This document shows positions 27,519-37,864 of a stretch of 64,000 nucleotides of DNA, piece by piece; positions within the stretch are counted from its first letter, which is position 1; every line of letters begins with the position of its first letter. A program made the translations under genes and the position numbers. The stretch comes from Candidatus Tenderia sp. (lineage in GTDB: Bacteria > Pseudomonadota > Gammaproteobacteria > Tenderiales > Tenderiaceae), in NCBI GenBank assembly GCA_031416075.1, contig JANOSY010000024.1:1-64000 (forward strand), in the 5' to 3' direction. The notes under the pieces are model-generated. The model was given only the letters and a program-made list of their open reading frames with translations. It did not search any database and had not been told where the DNA came from.

Positions 27519-28730
27519 TTATTTGTTGGGGAATTTCACAACAATATCGAGCACCTGATCTTTACCGCGTTTTATTTTCATAGGTAACCATGTACCTAAC
27601 TGCATGGATTTCACGCTGTCAACAACCTGTTCCACCTCAGTCACAGACCGGGATGCCATTTCGACAATAACGTCTGCCTCTTTTAAGCTGTTTTGCTCTG
27701 CCAAACTACCTGGCACAACACGTTTAATCACTACCCCGGTCTCTCCCTTTTCCAGATAGACCCCTAACCGCGGGCGCTCTTGTTGCTCATTTTTTTGTGA
27801 AGATAGAGAAATACGCAGACCTACGACGGCATCGGCAAATTTTTTATCTATATAACTACAGTCAAACTCTGTATCCCATGGGATAAGTGCAACCGGTTTC
27901 CCTTCACCCAGCGCCTTCAGCTGCTCAGGGACGCCAAAATGGTACATCATATGGCCACTTCCCATAATCGCCACCATCATTGCCCCATTATGCTGTTGAC
28001 GTCCTGTAACAATCCCTTCAGCCATGGCACGGTCCCAAACAGACTGGCTCTCAGCAAAACGGTTAAATGCCGGGGTTGCCACAACAGATCCAAGCTGGTC
28101 ATCCGCATTTGCACCTGCATTATGTGCCGTACCGTGGCTCATAAAAACCGATGCCAGCATTTTTTTATAATCCTCGCCAACAGGGGCCGGTTTGGAAACC
28201 CCCTCTCGCTCAGCGACCGGCACACTATCCCATCCACCAGCCCCAACCTTATGTATCAATGTACGATCGACGTTCAATGCATACATGGGAACTTTATTCA
28301 TCCGTGCATAATGAAATAGTGGCAAATAGAGAGCCGCATCAAAATTCCAATACTCAGCCCACTTCACCTGTTTTAAAAACTCCTCCTCAGTCAACTCCCC
28401 CGCGACCCAACGGTCCAGTACCGGTTGGGCTTGGCGAGGGAACATCTCGAAACCAAGCACCAGATCTGGTTTCAATACATGCAATCCCGTAATCATCTGC
28501 AACTGCCAGCGATGATGTTCAACGTTATCGTGATGCTCCCCAAGCAGCACAATGTCCTGATCTTTGACCTGCTCAATCAGTCCAAGGGTTGTTGTCCAGA
28601 GATTCGGTGCTGGCAACAACACCTTGCCTTCTGGTACACAATCAGGCTCGTTCAACTGCTCTTCGGCCTGTACCCATGAACTCAGATGAATGGCTGCAAA
28701 AAACATCATCACCTTAAAAACGAAATTCAT
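27519..28730 (-). CDS. ChaN-family protein with a C-terminal PDZ domain
   Basis: VLLGEHHDNVEHH, GFEMF, QSVWDRAMA, GSGH; PRLGV..VVPGSLA PDZ. Confidence 0.88.
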   Translation of the reverse strand: MNFVFKVMMFFAAIHLSSWVQAEEQLNEPDCVPEGKVLLPAPNLWTTTLGLIEQVKDQDIVLLGEHHDNVEHHRWQLQMITGLHVLKPDLVLGFEMFPRQAQPVLDRWVAGELTEEEFLKQVKWAEYWNFDAALYLPLFHYARMNKVPMYALNVDRTLIHKVGAGGWDSVPVAEREGVSKPAPVGEDYKKMLASVFMSHGTAHNAGANADDQLGSVVATPAFNRFAESQSVWDRAMAEGIVTGRQQHNGAMMVAIMGSGHMMYHFGVPEQLKALGEGKPVALIPWDTEFDCSYIDKKFADAVVGLRISLSSQKNEQQERPRLGVYLEKGETGVVIKRVVPGSLAEQNSLKEADVIVEMASRSVTEVEQVVDSVKSMQLGTWLPMKIKRGKDQVLDIVVKFPNK

Positions 28731-29132
28731 CGTATTAGATCCTTTTTCTCATTTGTCCAAACCACGATCCAGGTCAACCGGCGGACACCTCTCCACCCAA
28801 TACAACTGCAGTTGATGCTACAGAAATCTAGCCACTCTGTACGCAACTATATGTGCCAGTGGCCAACCCCCACATCCACTACTTTGGCTCAAGTCGCTTC
28901 ATAATCTTCACATATCGACTATTTTTGCAACCCTAACACGCCCCAATGTCTGCACTTACTAACAGTCACTCATATCAGTACATGCGAGCATGTCAATCTC
29001 TGTCACTTTTCTCAATACCCACAAAAACCTTTTCCATCTCTCTTATTTTTCAATGAGTTACAATCCGGTCAAAAAATGACCATTTTATTACAGCCCCTGA
29101 TATTACCGGGGCTAAACGGCTATTTCCAAGGT

Positions 29133-29167
29133 TTGTCCACACACTTATCCACAGCTATTGTGGATAA
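29133..29167. promoter_or_regulatory. Cluster of three DnaA boxes
   Basis: TTGTCCACA (29133-41), TTATCCACA (29145-53) and inverted TGTGGATAA (29159-67). Confidence 0.75.
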
Positions 29168-29421
29168 GCGTCACATCGACCAAAAATCAATCAGTTAACT
29201 TTACTTTTTACATTATTCCAATAACCGTGCTATCTCAACCGCCTCTCATCGAACAACAAAAACCCAGCCACCGGACAGCACACCCCCCATTAAACAGCCA
29301 AAGACACTAGTAAAATGGTAATAGCCGCCAAAACCCGCTATCCTCTGCAGCCTGTTTTCTATCTAATTGCCCCTTAATGCCGGGGCGGTATTATATTTCT
29401 CGGATTTAACGACTTACTTTA

Positions 29422-30246
29422 ATGATTTTCAAAACTATTGTGCTGTTTGTCAGTTTAACCTTGTCAGGGCTCTGTTTTGGCACTCCGCCACCCGATGGCG
29501 ATATCCGCTATCTGGACACACCAACAGAAAGTGACAATAACAATCTGGCAATATCACCTTCTATCCCCAACCAAATCACCCCATATCAGCTAGAGTTCCC
29601 TCATCTGAACCTGCCAGCCACACCTGACTGGGATGGCCTGCTGCACGACAGCAAGCTATTCATGCTCTATCAAGTAGGTGTGGTTGGTGTGCTTTACCTG
29701 ATGCCGCAAAGTGTATCGCAATGGGGGGACGACCAGAAACGGGGCAATATCTTTCGCAAATGGGACGACAACGTTCACAATCTGCGTAAAGATAAAGATA
29801 AGTGGGAGGTCAACTATATAGGTCACCCCTACTTTGGCTCTGTTTATTACGTGCGTGCACGTCAACGTGGCTTTGACAGACAGGGGGCCCTACTCTACGG
29901 CACAGTTATGTCGACCATTTATGAATACGGGATTGAAGCGCTTTTTGAACCCGCCTCAATACAGGATCTAATATTTACCCCGGTGGGTGGGGCGATTGTT
30001 GGCGAATACTTTATGATCGCACGTGAAAACATCCTCCGCGACATCAACCAGCGTGGTTATGCCACCACTGGCGACAACATTAAGCTCTTTTTCACTGACC
30101 CACTCGGCGTTATTAATAAGCGGGTTGACAAGGCGTTTGGTTACAAAGAAGCCAGTATAGAGATTGTGCCGCTCTTGAGTCGCACCCACGACGATAACCA
30201 CTCCCTGCCCACACTCGTGGGTTTACAAGCACATCTCAGCTGGTAA
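29422..30246 (+). CDS. DUF3943-like exported protein
   Basis: Signal peptide; D.W.VNYIGHPYFGS.YY..AR..G, EYGIEA..EP.SIQDL..TP.GG. Confidence 0.8.
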   Translation: MIFKTIVLFVSLTLSGLCFGTPPPDGDIRYLDTPTESDNNNLAISPSIPNQITPYQLEFPHLNLPATPDWDGLLHDSKLFMLYQVGVVGVLYLMPQSVSQWGDDQKRGNIFRKWDDNVHNLRKDKDKWEVNYIGHPYFGSVYYVRARQRGFDRQGALLYGTVMSTIYEYGIEALFEPASIQDLIFTPVGGAIVGEYFMIARENILRDINQRGYATTGDNIKLFFTDPLGVINKRVDKAFGYKEASIEIVPLLSRTHDDNHSLPTLVGLQAHLSW

Positions 30247-30249
30247 TAA

Positions 30250-31254
30250 GTGTTGCACGCGATAAAACCAATCCTGCTCTTGGTTTTAACAATGTTAACC
30301 TTTAGCCAGACGAGCTTCGCTACGGAGCTCCCTCCCCAGCCCTTCTCCATCAAGAATCAAAACCCGTTCATTCAGATATTTGGACTGCCCACCACACAAC
30401 CGGCAATACTATTACCAACGGACAGAACGGCTATTGACATAGCCTTTGACACTGCCAATAACTCCATTATAAACAAAGCAATAGGCAACGAAGTCATCAC
30501 CCTGGATGGAGAGAGCATCCGCCTTTCCTTCACCCTGCGACGGGCCATCGGCAACCACACCGAGATTGGCGCAGAACTGCCGCTGGTTGGGCACCACAAC
30601 GGTATATTGGACAACTTCATTGAGGGGTGGCACAAAACGCTCGGACTCTCCAATACCGAGCGCAACCAGAGCCCTAGCAATGTACTGAACTACGCCTACG
30701 CACGTGATGGCACCACCGTATTAAGCATACAAAGCCCCGAAAATGGGCTGGGCGACATCCGCCTGTTTGGGGCCCGACAGCTCCATAACGATGATCGCAG
30801 CGCACTGAGCCTACATGTCAGCCTCAAGCTACCCACAGGCGATGCTAATCGGCTCAACGGCAGCGGCGCAACTGATCTGGCTATCTCCGCCGCCTACTCT
30901 CACCAGTACCAGCTCAGTCGCTGGCAATACAACGCATTTTTCAATGGCGGAATACTGCTGCTGGGCGACAGCGATAAGTTTGCCAACATCCAGCGCCGCT
31001 CAGTACTCTTTGGCAGCGCGGGCATCCTCTGGAATGCCACACCAAAGATTGATGTTATTGCCCAGTTTGATAGCCATGCAGGATTTTACCGCAGCGCCCT
31101 TGACCAGCTCAGCAACAACACACTGCAATTGACCGTGGGCGGAGTAATTCACCTCACCCCCACTACACAACTTGACATCGGGGTGGGTGAAAATCTGTTT
31201 ACCGATACAACCCCCGATTTTTTACTGAACATAGCGCTTAAACAGCACTATTAA
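30250..31254 (+). CDS. DUF3187-like outer-membrane beta-barrel
   Basis: Signal peptide; NQNPF..FGLP, LDGE, LDNFIEGWH..LGL, KLPTGD...GSG; terminal aromatic residue. Confidence 0.75.
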   Translation: MLHAIKPILLLVLTMLTFSQTSFATELPPQPFSIKNQNPFIQIFGLPTTQPAILLPTDRTAIDIAFDTANNSIINKAIGNEVITLDGESIRLSFTLRRAIGNHTEIGAELPLVGHHNGILDNFIEGWHKTLGLSNTERNQSPSNVLNYAYARDGTTVLSIQSPENGLGDIRLFGARQLHNDDRSALSLHVSLKLPTGDANRLNGSGATDLAISAAYSHQYQLSRWQYNAFFNGGILLLGDSDKFANIQRRSVLFGSAGILWNATPKIDVIAQFDSHAGFYRSALDQLSNNTLQLTVGGVIHLTPTTQLDIGVGENLFTDTTPDFLLNIALKQHY

Positions 31255-31329
31255 TTTTTGCTTGCCAGCGGGTCCCAATCCAGTGGTAAGATTGGGACGG
31301 TTTTTACTTATGGAAGGGGAGGTTTTTAG

Positions 31330-31440
31330 ATGATTACTGAAGCACTTATTACCAATATGGTTATTGGCGTTGCAACTGTAGTGGGCATTATGATGATCGT
31401 GCTGCTGTTCCAGGTATACAAAACAAACGACGGCAAATAA
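31330..31440 (+). CDS. Putative 36-aa single-pass membrane peptide (absent from the ORF track)
   Basis: AAGGGGAGG SD 7 nt before ATG; MITEALITNMVIGVATVVGIMMIVLLFQVYKTNDGK*; terminator downstream. Confidence 0.6.
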   Translation: MITEALITNMVIGVATVVGIMMIVLLFQVYKTNDGK

Positions 31441-31490
31441 ACAATAAGACCCCTGTACCACGCTGCCCAGGCAGTGTGTTATCAGTATAA

Positions 31491-31520
31491 AGAGGCGGTA
31501 TAACCGCCTCTTCTATTTTT
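31491..31520. terminator. Rho-independent terminator between the small ORF and the convergent hinT
   Basis: AGAGGCGGT-ata-ACCGCCTCT followed by a T-rich tail. Confidence 0.7.
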
Positions 31521-31538
31521 ACTGAACCACGCACAAAC

Positions 31539-31883
31539 TCAGCCCGGCGGCCAACTCAAGTTCCGTCCCCCCAGCAGGTGCAGGTGGATATGAAACACCG
31601 TCTGCCCCGCCGCCGCATTACAGTTCATCACGGTGCGGTAACCATCCGCCGCAATCCCCTCCTGCTCTGCCACTCTCTTTGCGCCTAGGTAGAGGCGACC
31701 AATCAGTTCGGCCTGCTCATCCTGAATATCGTTAATGGTCGATATATGCTGTTTCGGAATAACCAGCACATGGACAGGCGCTTGAGGATTGATATCACGA
31801 AAGGCCAGCACTGCATCATCTTCGTAGACCACATCAGGCTTGATCTCCCCGGCCACCATCTTGCAAAACAGGCAATCAGACAT
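31539..31883 (-). CDS. hinT: Histidine triad nucleotide-binding protein
   Basis: DCLFCK, AFRDINPQAPVHVLVIPK, GQTVFHIHLHLLGGR..WPPG. Confidence 0.95.
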   Translation of the reverse strand: MSDCLFCKMVAGEIKPDVVYEDDAVLAFRDINPQAPVHVLVIPKQHISTINDIQDEQAELIGRLYLGAKRVAEQEGIAADGYRTVMNCNAAAGQTVFHIHLHLLGGRNLSWPPG

Positions 31884-31961
31884 ACACACTCCTTAACTCA
31901 GTGATTTTTATCGAGACTATTACGGTAATATACCCAACTTGATAACCAAAGGGGGCACCAC

Positions 31962-32258
31962 ATGCATACCACACTGGTTCACGTGCGGGTAAAACCTGAA
32001 TACATTGATGACTTTATCGCCGCCACACAACTCAACCATGAAGCCTCTATCCAGGAACCGGGCAACCGCCGTTTCGACGTGTTGCAATCCGCCGACATTC
32101 CCGGCCACTTTACGCTCTATGAGGCCTACCTATCGGCAGACGCGGCGGCGGCTCATAAAAAAACTGCCCACTACCTCACCTGGCGCGACAGCGTAGCCCC
32201 CTGGATGGCCGAACCACGCCAAGGCATCCGTTACACTGGCCTGTTTCCAAAGGAATAA
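31962..32258 (+). CDS. Antibiotic biosynthesis monooxygenase family protein (LsrG-like)
   Basis: EPGNRRFDVLQ, LYEAY, HKKTAHYLTWRD.V..WMAEPR. Confidence 0.88.
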   Translation: MHTTLVHVRVKPEYIDDFIAATQLNHEASIQEPGNRRFDVLQSADIPGHFTLYEAYLSADAAAAHKKTAHYLTWRDSVAPWMAEPRQGIRYTGLFPKE

Positions 32259-32264
32259 CCCCGC

Positions 32265-33458
32265 ATGATATTTGCCCCTTTTGCCATCTCACGGCTACCG
32301 CGCATTATCTATGGTGCCGGACGCATCAGCGAACTGCCCAAGCTAGTGGCCAGCTACGGCCAAACTGTGCTGGTCGTCACCGGTCAACACTCCTTCTGCT
32401 CAACACCCCGCTGGTCACGACTCACCCAGGCATTCACCGCAGAAGGGCTAACGTGGCACCACATGACTGTTCATGGAGAACCTTCACCAGCCCTGGTCGA
32501 TAAGGCCGTGAACCGCTATCGCCCGGAAAAGATCAGCTGCGTTATCGCCATCGGTGGCGGCAGTGTACTGGATGCCGCCAAGGCCATCGCCGGGCTGTTG
32601 CCCCATGGCAACTCAGTGATGGACCATCTTGAAGGGGTAGGCAACAACCTCCCCTACCACGGTCCCAGCACCCCCTTTATTGCGGTGCCCACCACGGCGG
32701 GAACAGGCAGTGAGGCGACCAAAAACGCCGTATTGAGTCAACAAGGGGCTGATGGTTTTAAAAAGTCATTCCGCCATGAGTGTCTGGTACCTGAATATGC
32801 CCTCATCGACGCCACTCTATTAGAGAGCTGTCCATCAGAACTCATTGCCGCCGATGGTATGGATGCGTTTACACAGCTGCTCGAATCATACGTCTCACTC
32901 AAGGCCAACCCCATGATCGATGCACTGGCCTGGAGCGGTATGCAGGCGGTCAAACAGGGCTTTTTTGCCGCCTGGAACGGGCGCGACCCCATTGCTGAAC
33001 AGGGGCGCGGTGCCATGGCCTACGCCGCCCTGCTCTCCGGCATCACCCTGGCGCAGGTGGGGCTGGGTTCTGTCCATGGCCTCGCCTCGCCACTGGGTGC
33101 CTTTTTCCCCATTCCTCATGGCGTGGTCTGCGGCACCCTGGTGGCGGTGGCGACCGAGATAAATATCAACGCCATGTTGGCACGCGAACCTAACAACCCG
33201 GCCCTCGCCAAATATGCACAGGTGGGGCGCATGTTAAGTGATCAACCCGACGCCGATGATGCAACCGCCCGCATGCTACTCATCACCCAACTGGCGGAAT
33301 GGAACTACCGCCTGCAGCTGCCACGCTTGGGCAGCTATGGCATCACTGCCGCAGATTTCCCGCACATCATTGCTAATAGCCGTGGCAGCAGTATGCAGAC
33401 CAACCCCATTTGCCTAACCGATGATGAACTTCATGCCATCCTCACCCAGCGCCTTTAA
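32265..33458 (+). CDS. Iron-containing alcohol dehydrogenase
   Basis: GGGSVLDAAK, PTTAGTGSE, DAFTQLLES, HGLASPLG..HG. Confidence 0.93.
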   Translation: MIFAPFAISRLPRIIYGAGRISELPKLVASYGQTVLVVTGQHSFCSTPRWSRLTQAFTAEGLTWHHMTVHGEPSPALVDKAVNRYRPEKISCVIAIGGGSVLDAAKAIAGLLPHGNSVMDHLEGVGNNLPYHGPSTPFIAVPTTAGTGSEATKNAVLSQQGADGFKKSFRHECLVPEYALIDATLLESCPSELIAADGMDAFTQLLESYVSLKANPMIDALAWSGMQAVKQGFFAAWNGRDPIAEQGRGAMAYAALLSGITLAQVGLGSVHGLASPLGAFFPIPHGVVCGTLVAVATEININAMLAREPNNPALAKYAQVGRMLSDQPDADDATARMLLITQLAEWNYRLQLPRLGSYGITAADFPHIIANSRGSSMQTNPICLTDDELHAILTQRL

Positions 33459-34275
33459 CCTACTGTTACCCCTGCTGCTCACCGGACTGCTGCTCTCCAC
33501 CAGCAGCGCAGCACGGGAGCGCCCGCTATGGGAGCTAGGGGTCGGTGTCGTTACGTTGAACGCCCCCTACTACCGGGGCAGCAGTTCAAGCCGGAGTTAC
33601 GCCATCCCCTACCCCTATATCACCTACCGAGGTGAATATCTGAATGTAGATAGAGAGGGGATACGTGGCTGGCTCTACCGCAGTGACCAGCTCAATCTGG
33701 ATCTAAGCCTGGCCGCCGGTCTGCCTGTGCCCAATGGCCAGAATGGCCCCCGCAGCGGCATGAACAAACTCGACCCCACGGTTGAAATCGGGCCATCACT
33801 GGAGTACCGCCTCTGGCGTTCCCAGGATCGACGCCAAAACGCATGGCTGCACCTGCCACTGCGTAGTGCATTTGTCGTCGCCAACCCTGCTACCCATCAA
33901 GGCTGGGTTTTTGCCCCCTACCTGGAGTGGCAACGCTACGACTTTGGGCGCAGCGGCTGGACCAACAGCATCGCCATCGGCCCACTATTTAGCGACGATC
34001 GCTATCACAACTACTTTTACGGCGTGGCGCCACAGTACAGTACAACCGACCGCCCCGGTTATGAGGCCAGTAGCGGCTACAGCGGCAGCCGCCTAACACT
34101 GATGGCGGGTAAAAACTTTAATCAGCTATGGCTATCCGCCTTTGCCCGCTTTGATACCCTAAAGGGGGCCACCTTCAGCGATAGCCCCCTGGTAGAGAGT
34201 CGCAGCTACCATCTGATTGGTATCACACTCACCTGGATATTCTCACGCTCTGAACAGACCGTGCGGGTACCATAA
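33421..34275 (+). CDS. MipA/OmpV family outer-membrane protein (start codon uncertain)
   Basis: PLWELGVG, PYYRGS, PYPY..YRG, EIGPSL, Y.YFYGV, GYSG. Confidence 0.85.
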   Translation: MMNFMPSSPSAFNLLLPLLLTGLLLSTSSAARERPLWELGVGVVTLNAPYYRGSSSSRSYAIPYPYITYRGEYLNVDREGIRGWLYRSDQLNLDLSLAAGLPVPNGQNGPRSGMNKLDPTVEIGPSLEYRLWRSQDRRQNAWLHLPLRSAFVVANPATHQGWVFAPYLEWQRYDFGRSGWTNSIAIGPLFSDDRYHNYFYGVAPQYSTTDRPGYEASSGYSGSRLTLMAGKNFNQLWLSAFARFDTLKGATFSDSPLVESRSYHLIGITLTWIFSRSEQTVRVP

Positions 34276-34280
34276 AAAGA

Positions 34281-34298
34281 TTGTCATAATGGTGTAAC
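34281..34298 (+). promoter_or_regulatory. Pho box upstream of phoB
   Basis: TTGTCAT-aatg-GTGTAAC with 11-bp period. Confidence 0.7.
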
Positions 34299-34348
34299 AC
34301 GACTGACTTCTAATGCGGGTACTGCACACTCAATGACACAAAGAGACT

Positions 34349-35038
34349 ATGACTCCAAAAATCCTGATTATTGATGATGAAGTTGCGATCCGTGACATGG
34401 TCACATTTGCCCTGGAACGCCAGGAGTTCGCCGTTCAGAGCGCAGAAGATTGCCATGCAGCCCTGCTTAACATGGCTGAAATACGCCCGGACCTCATCCT
34501 GCTCGACTGGATGTTACCTAACATGAGTGGTGTTGATCTGGCACGACGCCTACGCCGCGAAGATAACTACCGCGACATCCCCATTATCATGCTCACCGCC
34601 CGGGGAGAGGATCAAGATAAAATCCGCGGTCTGGAGTCCGGCGCTGACGATTACATGACCAAACCCTTCTCACCCGGTGAACTTATCGCTAGAATCAAGG
34701 CCGTTTTACGCCGTACCGGCCCAGCCCACGGCGATGAACGGCTGAAAGAGGGTGGGTTGGAGATTGATCTACAGGGCCACCGCGTTACCGCCAACGGTGA
34801 GGCCGTGGAGCTTGGCCCCACCGAATTCCGTCTATTACAGTTTTTTATGAGCCATACCGAGCGGGTCTACAGTCGCTCACAGGTGCTCGATCAGGTTTGG
34901 GGGAACAATGTTTACATCGGTGACCGTACCGTCGATGTCCATATCCGCCGCCTGCGCAAGGCGTTGGAACCGTCTGGGCTGGATCGCTATATCCAGACTG
35001 TCCGTGGCTCCGGCTACCGTTTTTCGACAAAAGAATAA
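34349..35038 (+). CDS. phoB: Phosphate regulon response regulator
   Basis: [43 protein letters not shown]. Confidence 0.97.
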   Translation: MTPKILIIDDEVAIRDMVTFALERQEFAVQSAEDCHAALLNMAEIRPDLILLDWMLPNMSGVDLARRLRREDNYRDIPIIMLTARGEDQDKIRGLESGADDYMTKPFSPGELIARIKAVLRRTGPAHGDERLKEGGLEIDLQGHRVTANGEAVELGPTEFRLLQFFMSHTERVYSRSQVLDQVWGNNVYIGDRTVDVHIRRLRKALEPSGLDRYIQTVRGSGYRFSTKE

Positions 35039-35044
35039 TTACAC

Positions 35045-36367
35045 ATGAATCCATGGCCGCGTGAACTCTGGCGTCTCAGTACCTACCTGATCATCGGACT
35101 CATTATTGGTCTGATTATCGGCCACCCCATCCGGGTGCTGCTCTTCATCGTCACCCTCTATCTGACCTGGCATCTGGTTAACGTCTACCGCCTTGAACAG
35201 TGGCTACAACAGTCGGGACAGCCACCTCAGGGCACCGGTATCTGGATGGAGATCTTTGACCGCCTCTACCATCTGCAGAAACAGAGCCGCAGCCGTAAAA
35301 AACGGCTCACCGACTACCTCAGCCGTTTCAAAGAGTCCACCTCCGCCATGCCCGACTCCACGGTGGTATTAAACGAGTTTGGCCAGATCGAATGGATTAA
35401 CAAGGCTGCGCAAAAACATCTCGGGCTACTACCATCCAAAGATATTGGCCAACACATCAGCAACTTATTACGCACCCCCGAATTTTTTGCCTACATCGCC
35501 AAAGGCAATTTTGACGAACCGTTAGAGACCCACCCCCCCCTCAACGACCAAGAGCATATTTCGGTTCGTATCATTCCCTATGGCAACAACCAGCGCCTGT
35601 TGATTGCCCGCGACATCACCCCGATCAAACGGCTGGAGCAGATGCGCCGCGACTTTATCTCCAACATCTCCCATGAACTCCGCACCCCACTCACCGTGCT
35701 GCGCGGCTATCTGGAGACCATGCAGAACGATGATGAGCTGCAACAGGCTGCCCATTGGCAAAAATCCATCGACGTCATGAACCAGCAGACCCGGCGCATG
35801 CAGAACATTGTCGATGATCTGCTGATGTTATCGCGCATGGAGACCGAGCAGCGCCCCACCAAGCAGGAAGAGATCAACATCGCAGAGATGTTGCAAACCA
35901 TCCAGAGCGCCGCCCTGGCCCTCGGCGAAAAGGGGCACGAGAAGCAGCAGAAGATCATCATCGAGGCCGATGAACGGCTCCAGCTCCGTGGCAACCGCAC
36001 AGAACTCTACAGCGCCTTCTCCAATCTGGTATTTAACGCTGTGCACTACACCCCCAACGAAGGCATCATCACCATCCGCTGGTACCGTGACGACAGCGGT
36101 GCCCATCTCAGCGTGCTGGACACCGGCATTGGCATCGCCCCCCAACATATCAGCCGCATCACCGAGCGCTTTTATCGTGTGGATACCGGACGCTCCCGCG
36201 AGACCGGTGGCACCGGCCTGGGGCTTGCCATCGTCAAACATGTATTGCAACGCCACCACGGCCAGATGCGTATCTTCAGCCAGGTCAATCGTGGCAGCAC
36301 CTTCACCTGCGACTTCCCGCTGAAGCAGACCATACAACGACAAGCACTAACCAACGTAGCCAGCTAA
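35045..36367 (+). CDS. phoR: Phosphate regulon sensor kinase
   Basis: N-terminal TMs, PAS, RRDFISNISHELRTPLTV, RITERFYRVD..RSR.TGGTGLGLAIVKH. Confidence 0.96.
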   Translation: MNPWPRELWRLSTYLIIGLIIGLIIGHPIRVLLFIVTLYLTWHLVNVYRLEQWLQQSGQPPQGTGIWMEIFDRLYHLQKQSRSRKKRLTDYLSRFKESTSAMPDSTVVLNEFGQIEWINKAAQKHLGLLPSKDIGQHISNLLRTPEFFAYIAKGNFDEPLETHPPLNDQEHISVRIIPYGNNQRLLIARDITPIKRLEQMRRDFISNISHELRTPLTVLRGYLETMQNDDELQQAAHWQKSIDVMNQQTRRMQNIVDDLLMLSRMETEQRPTKQEEINIAEMLQTIQSAALALGEKGHEKQQKIIIEADERLQLRGNRTELYSAFSNLVFNAVHYTPNEGIITIRWYRDDSGAHLSVLDTGIGIAPQHISRITERFYRVDTGRSRETGGTGLGLAIVKHVLQRHHGQMRIFSQVNRGSTFTCDFPLKQTIQRQALTNVAS

Positions 36368-36382
36368 ACGACAGGCTTGTAC

Positions 36383-36422
36383 CTGTCATAAAATCTTAAC
36401 ATTAGTGTCACACACTCTTCAT
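36383..36422 (+). promoter_or_regulatory. Tandem Pho boxes upstream of pstS
   Basis: CTGTCAT-aaaa-TCTTAAC-atta-GTGTCAC-acac-TCTTCAT: four heptamers at 11-bp period. Confidence 0.8.
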
Positions 36423-36493
36423 CACTCAACGGCACACTGCCAGACACTAGTATTCAGCCACCAGAGTTCATCTACAACCTTAGGAGTTACTTG

Positions 36494-37462
36494 ATGAAAT
36501 TACGTACTACCCTGTTAGCAACAACAGTAAGCTTCAGCTTGGTCTCTGCCGCTTACGCCGAAGTAAAACTGGATCCAAAGCTGCCGGAGTATACCCGTGC
36601 CAGTGCCGTCTCCGGCAACCTTTCAAGTGTTGGTTCTGACACCCTGGCCAACCTGATGACACTCTGGACCGAAGAGTTCAAACGTGAGTATCCCAATATC
36701 AATATACAGGTACAGGCCGCCGGTTCATCCACCGCGCCACCCGCACTGACTGAAGGTACCGCTAACGTCGGCCCCATGAGTCGCAAGATGAAGGATAACG
36801 AGATCAAGGCCTTCGAAGATAAACACGGTTACAAACCCACCGCCATTCCAGTGGCCATCGATGCCTTGGCTGTCTATGTGCACAAAGATAACCCACTCAA
36901 AGGTCTGACCATCGCCGAAGTGGATGCCATTTTCTCCAGCACCCGTAAATGCGGTAACAAAGCGGCCATCAATAACTGGGGGGATATCGGTTTGACTGGC
37001 AGCTGGACCAACCGTGACATGCAGCTCTTTGGCCGTAACTCGGTCTCCGGTACTTACGGCTTCTTCAAAGACCACGCCCTCTGCAAAGGTGACTTCAAAA
37101 ATACTGTCAATGAGCAGCCCGGCTCTGCCTCTGTGGTTCAGTCAGTCTCCTCATCACTCAACAGCATCGGCTACTCAGGTATCGGCTACAAAACCTCAGG
37201 CGTCAAGGCACTGCCACTGGCCCAAAAAGCGGGCGAGCCTTATATTGAAGCCAATGACGAAAACACCATTTCGGGTGAGTACCCAATGTCACGCTTCCTC
37301 TACGTCTATGTCAACAAACACCCCAACAAGCCCCTGCCCCCCTTGGAAAAAGAGTTTGTGAAGATGATGCTCTCGAAAACTGGCCAGAATGTTGTTATCA
37401 AAGATGGTTACATTCCGGTACCCGCCAAAGTGGCCGAAAAAGCACTTAAGAGCATCGAATAA
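36494..37462 (+). CDS. pstS: Phosphate ABC transporter substrate-binding protein
   Basis: Signal peptide; [35 protein letters not shown]. Confidence 0.95.
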   Translation: MKLRTTLLATTVSFSLVSAAYAEVKLDPKLPEYTRASAVSGNLSSVGSDTLANLMTLWTEEFKREYPNINIQVQAAGSSTAPPALTEGTANVGPMSRKMKDNEIKAFEDKHGYKPTAIPVAIDALAVYVHKDNPLKGLTIAEVDAIFSSTRKCGNKAAINNWGDIGLTGSWTNRDMQLFGRNSVSGTYGFFKDHALCKGDFKNTVNEQPGSASVVQSVSSSLNSIGYSGIGYKTSGVKALPLAQKAGEPYIEANDENTISGEYPMSRFLYVYVNKHPNKPLPPLEKEFVKMMLSKTGQNVVIKDGYIPVPAKVAEKALKSIE

Positions 37463-37485
37463 CCAACAGCATCAACGCCATAGTT

Positions 37486-37512
37486 AAAGGCCCCGCACTG
37501 CGGGGCTTTTTT
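37486..37512 (+). terminator. Rho-independent terminator of pstS
   Basis: GCCCCGCA-c-TGCGGGGC followed by T6. Confidence 0.85.
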
Positions 37513-37567
37513 ATTTCTGATATTCCCTGCCCACACAGCATTCCACCCAGCCCCCGGGAGCCAACCG

Positions 37568-37864
37568 ATAAATTTTGAAAAAGTAGTTTTTGGTTTTTTC
37601 ATAGTGCTTGCACTCACTGTGAACTTCGGTTTTGTGCTTGGCGATATCGACAACCCCAGGCACCACAATGTGTAAGAACTCTTTGCCGCCCTTATCATCA
37701 GCCTCATCGCCGCCATCATCTGGGGCACTGCGGTATACATCACCGAGGTTGGCCTCACCAGCCATGTAATGAGTTCCATCGTCTCCCTCGCCGCTGGCGC
37801 ACTACTGGCCAATCTCACGTCGGTCATCCTGCTGATCATCGAAGCCGTCACGCTGCGTCGCTAA
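37568..37864 (+). pseudogene. DUF6394-like small membrane protein pseudogene
   Basis: Frame reads (I)NFEKVVFGFFIVLALTVNFGF..DIDNP.HHNV*ELFAA...GALLAN...TLRR*; start codon is ATA, internal TAA at 37673; stop overlaps the ATG of the next gene. Confidence 0.65.

Noticed and set aside
29133-29167. Replication origin (oriC)
   Set aside because: Only three boxes, no typical oriC-flanking genes, and no apparent change in strand C/G bias.
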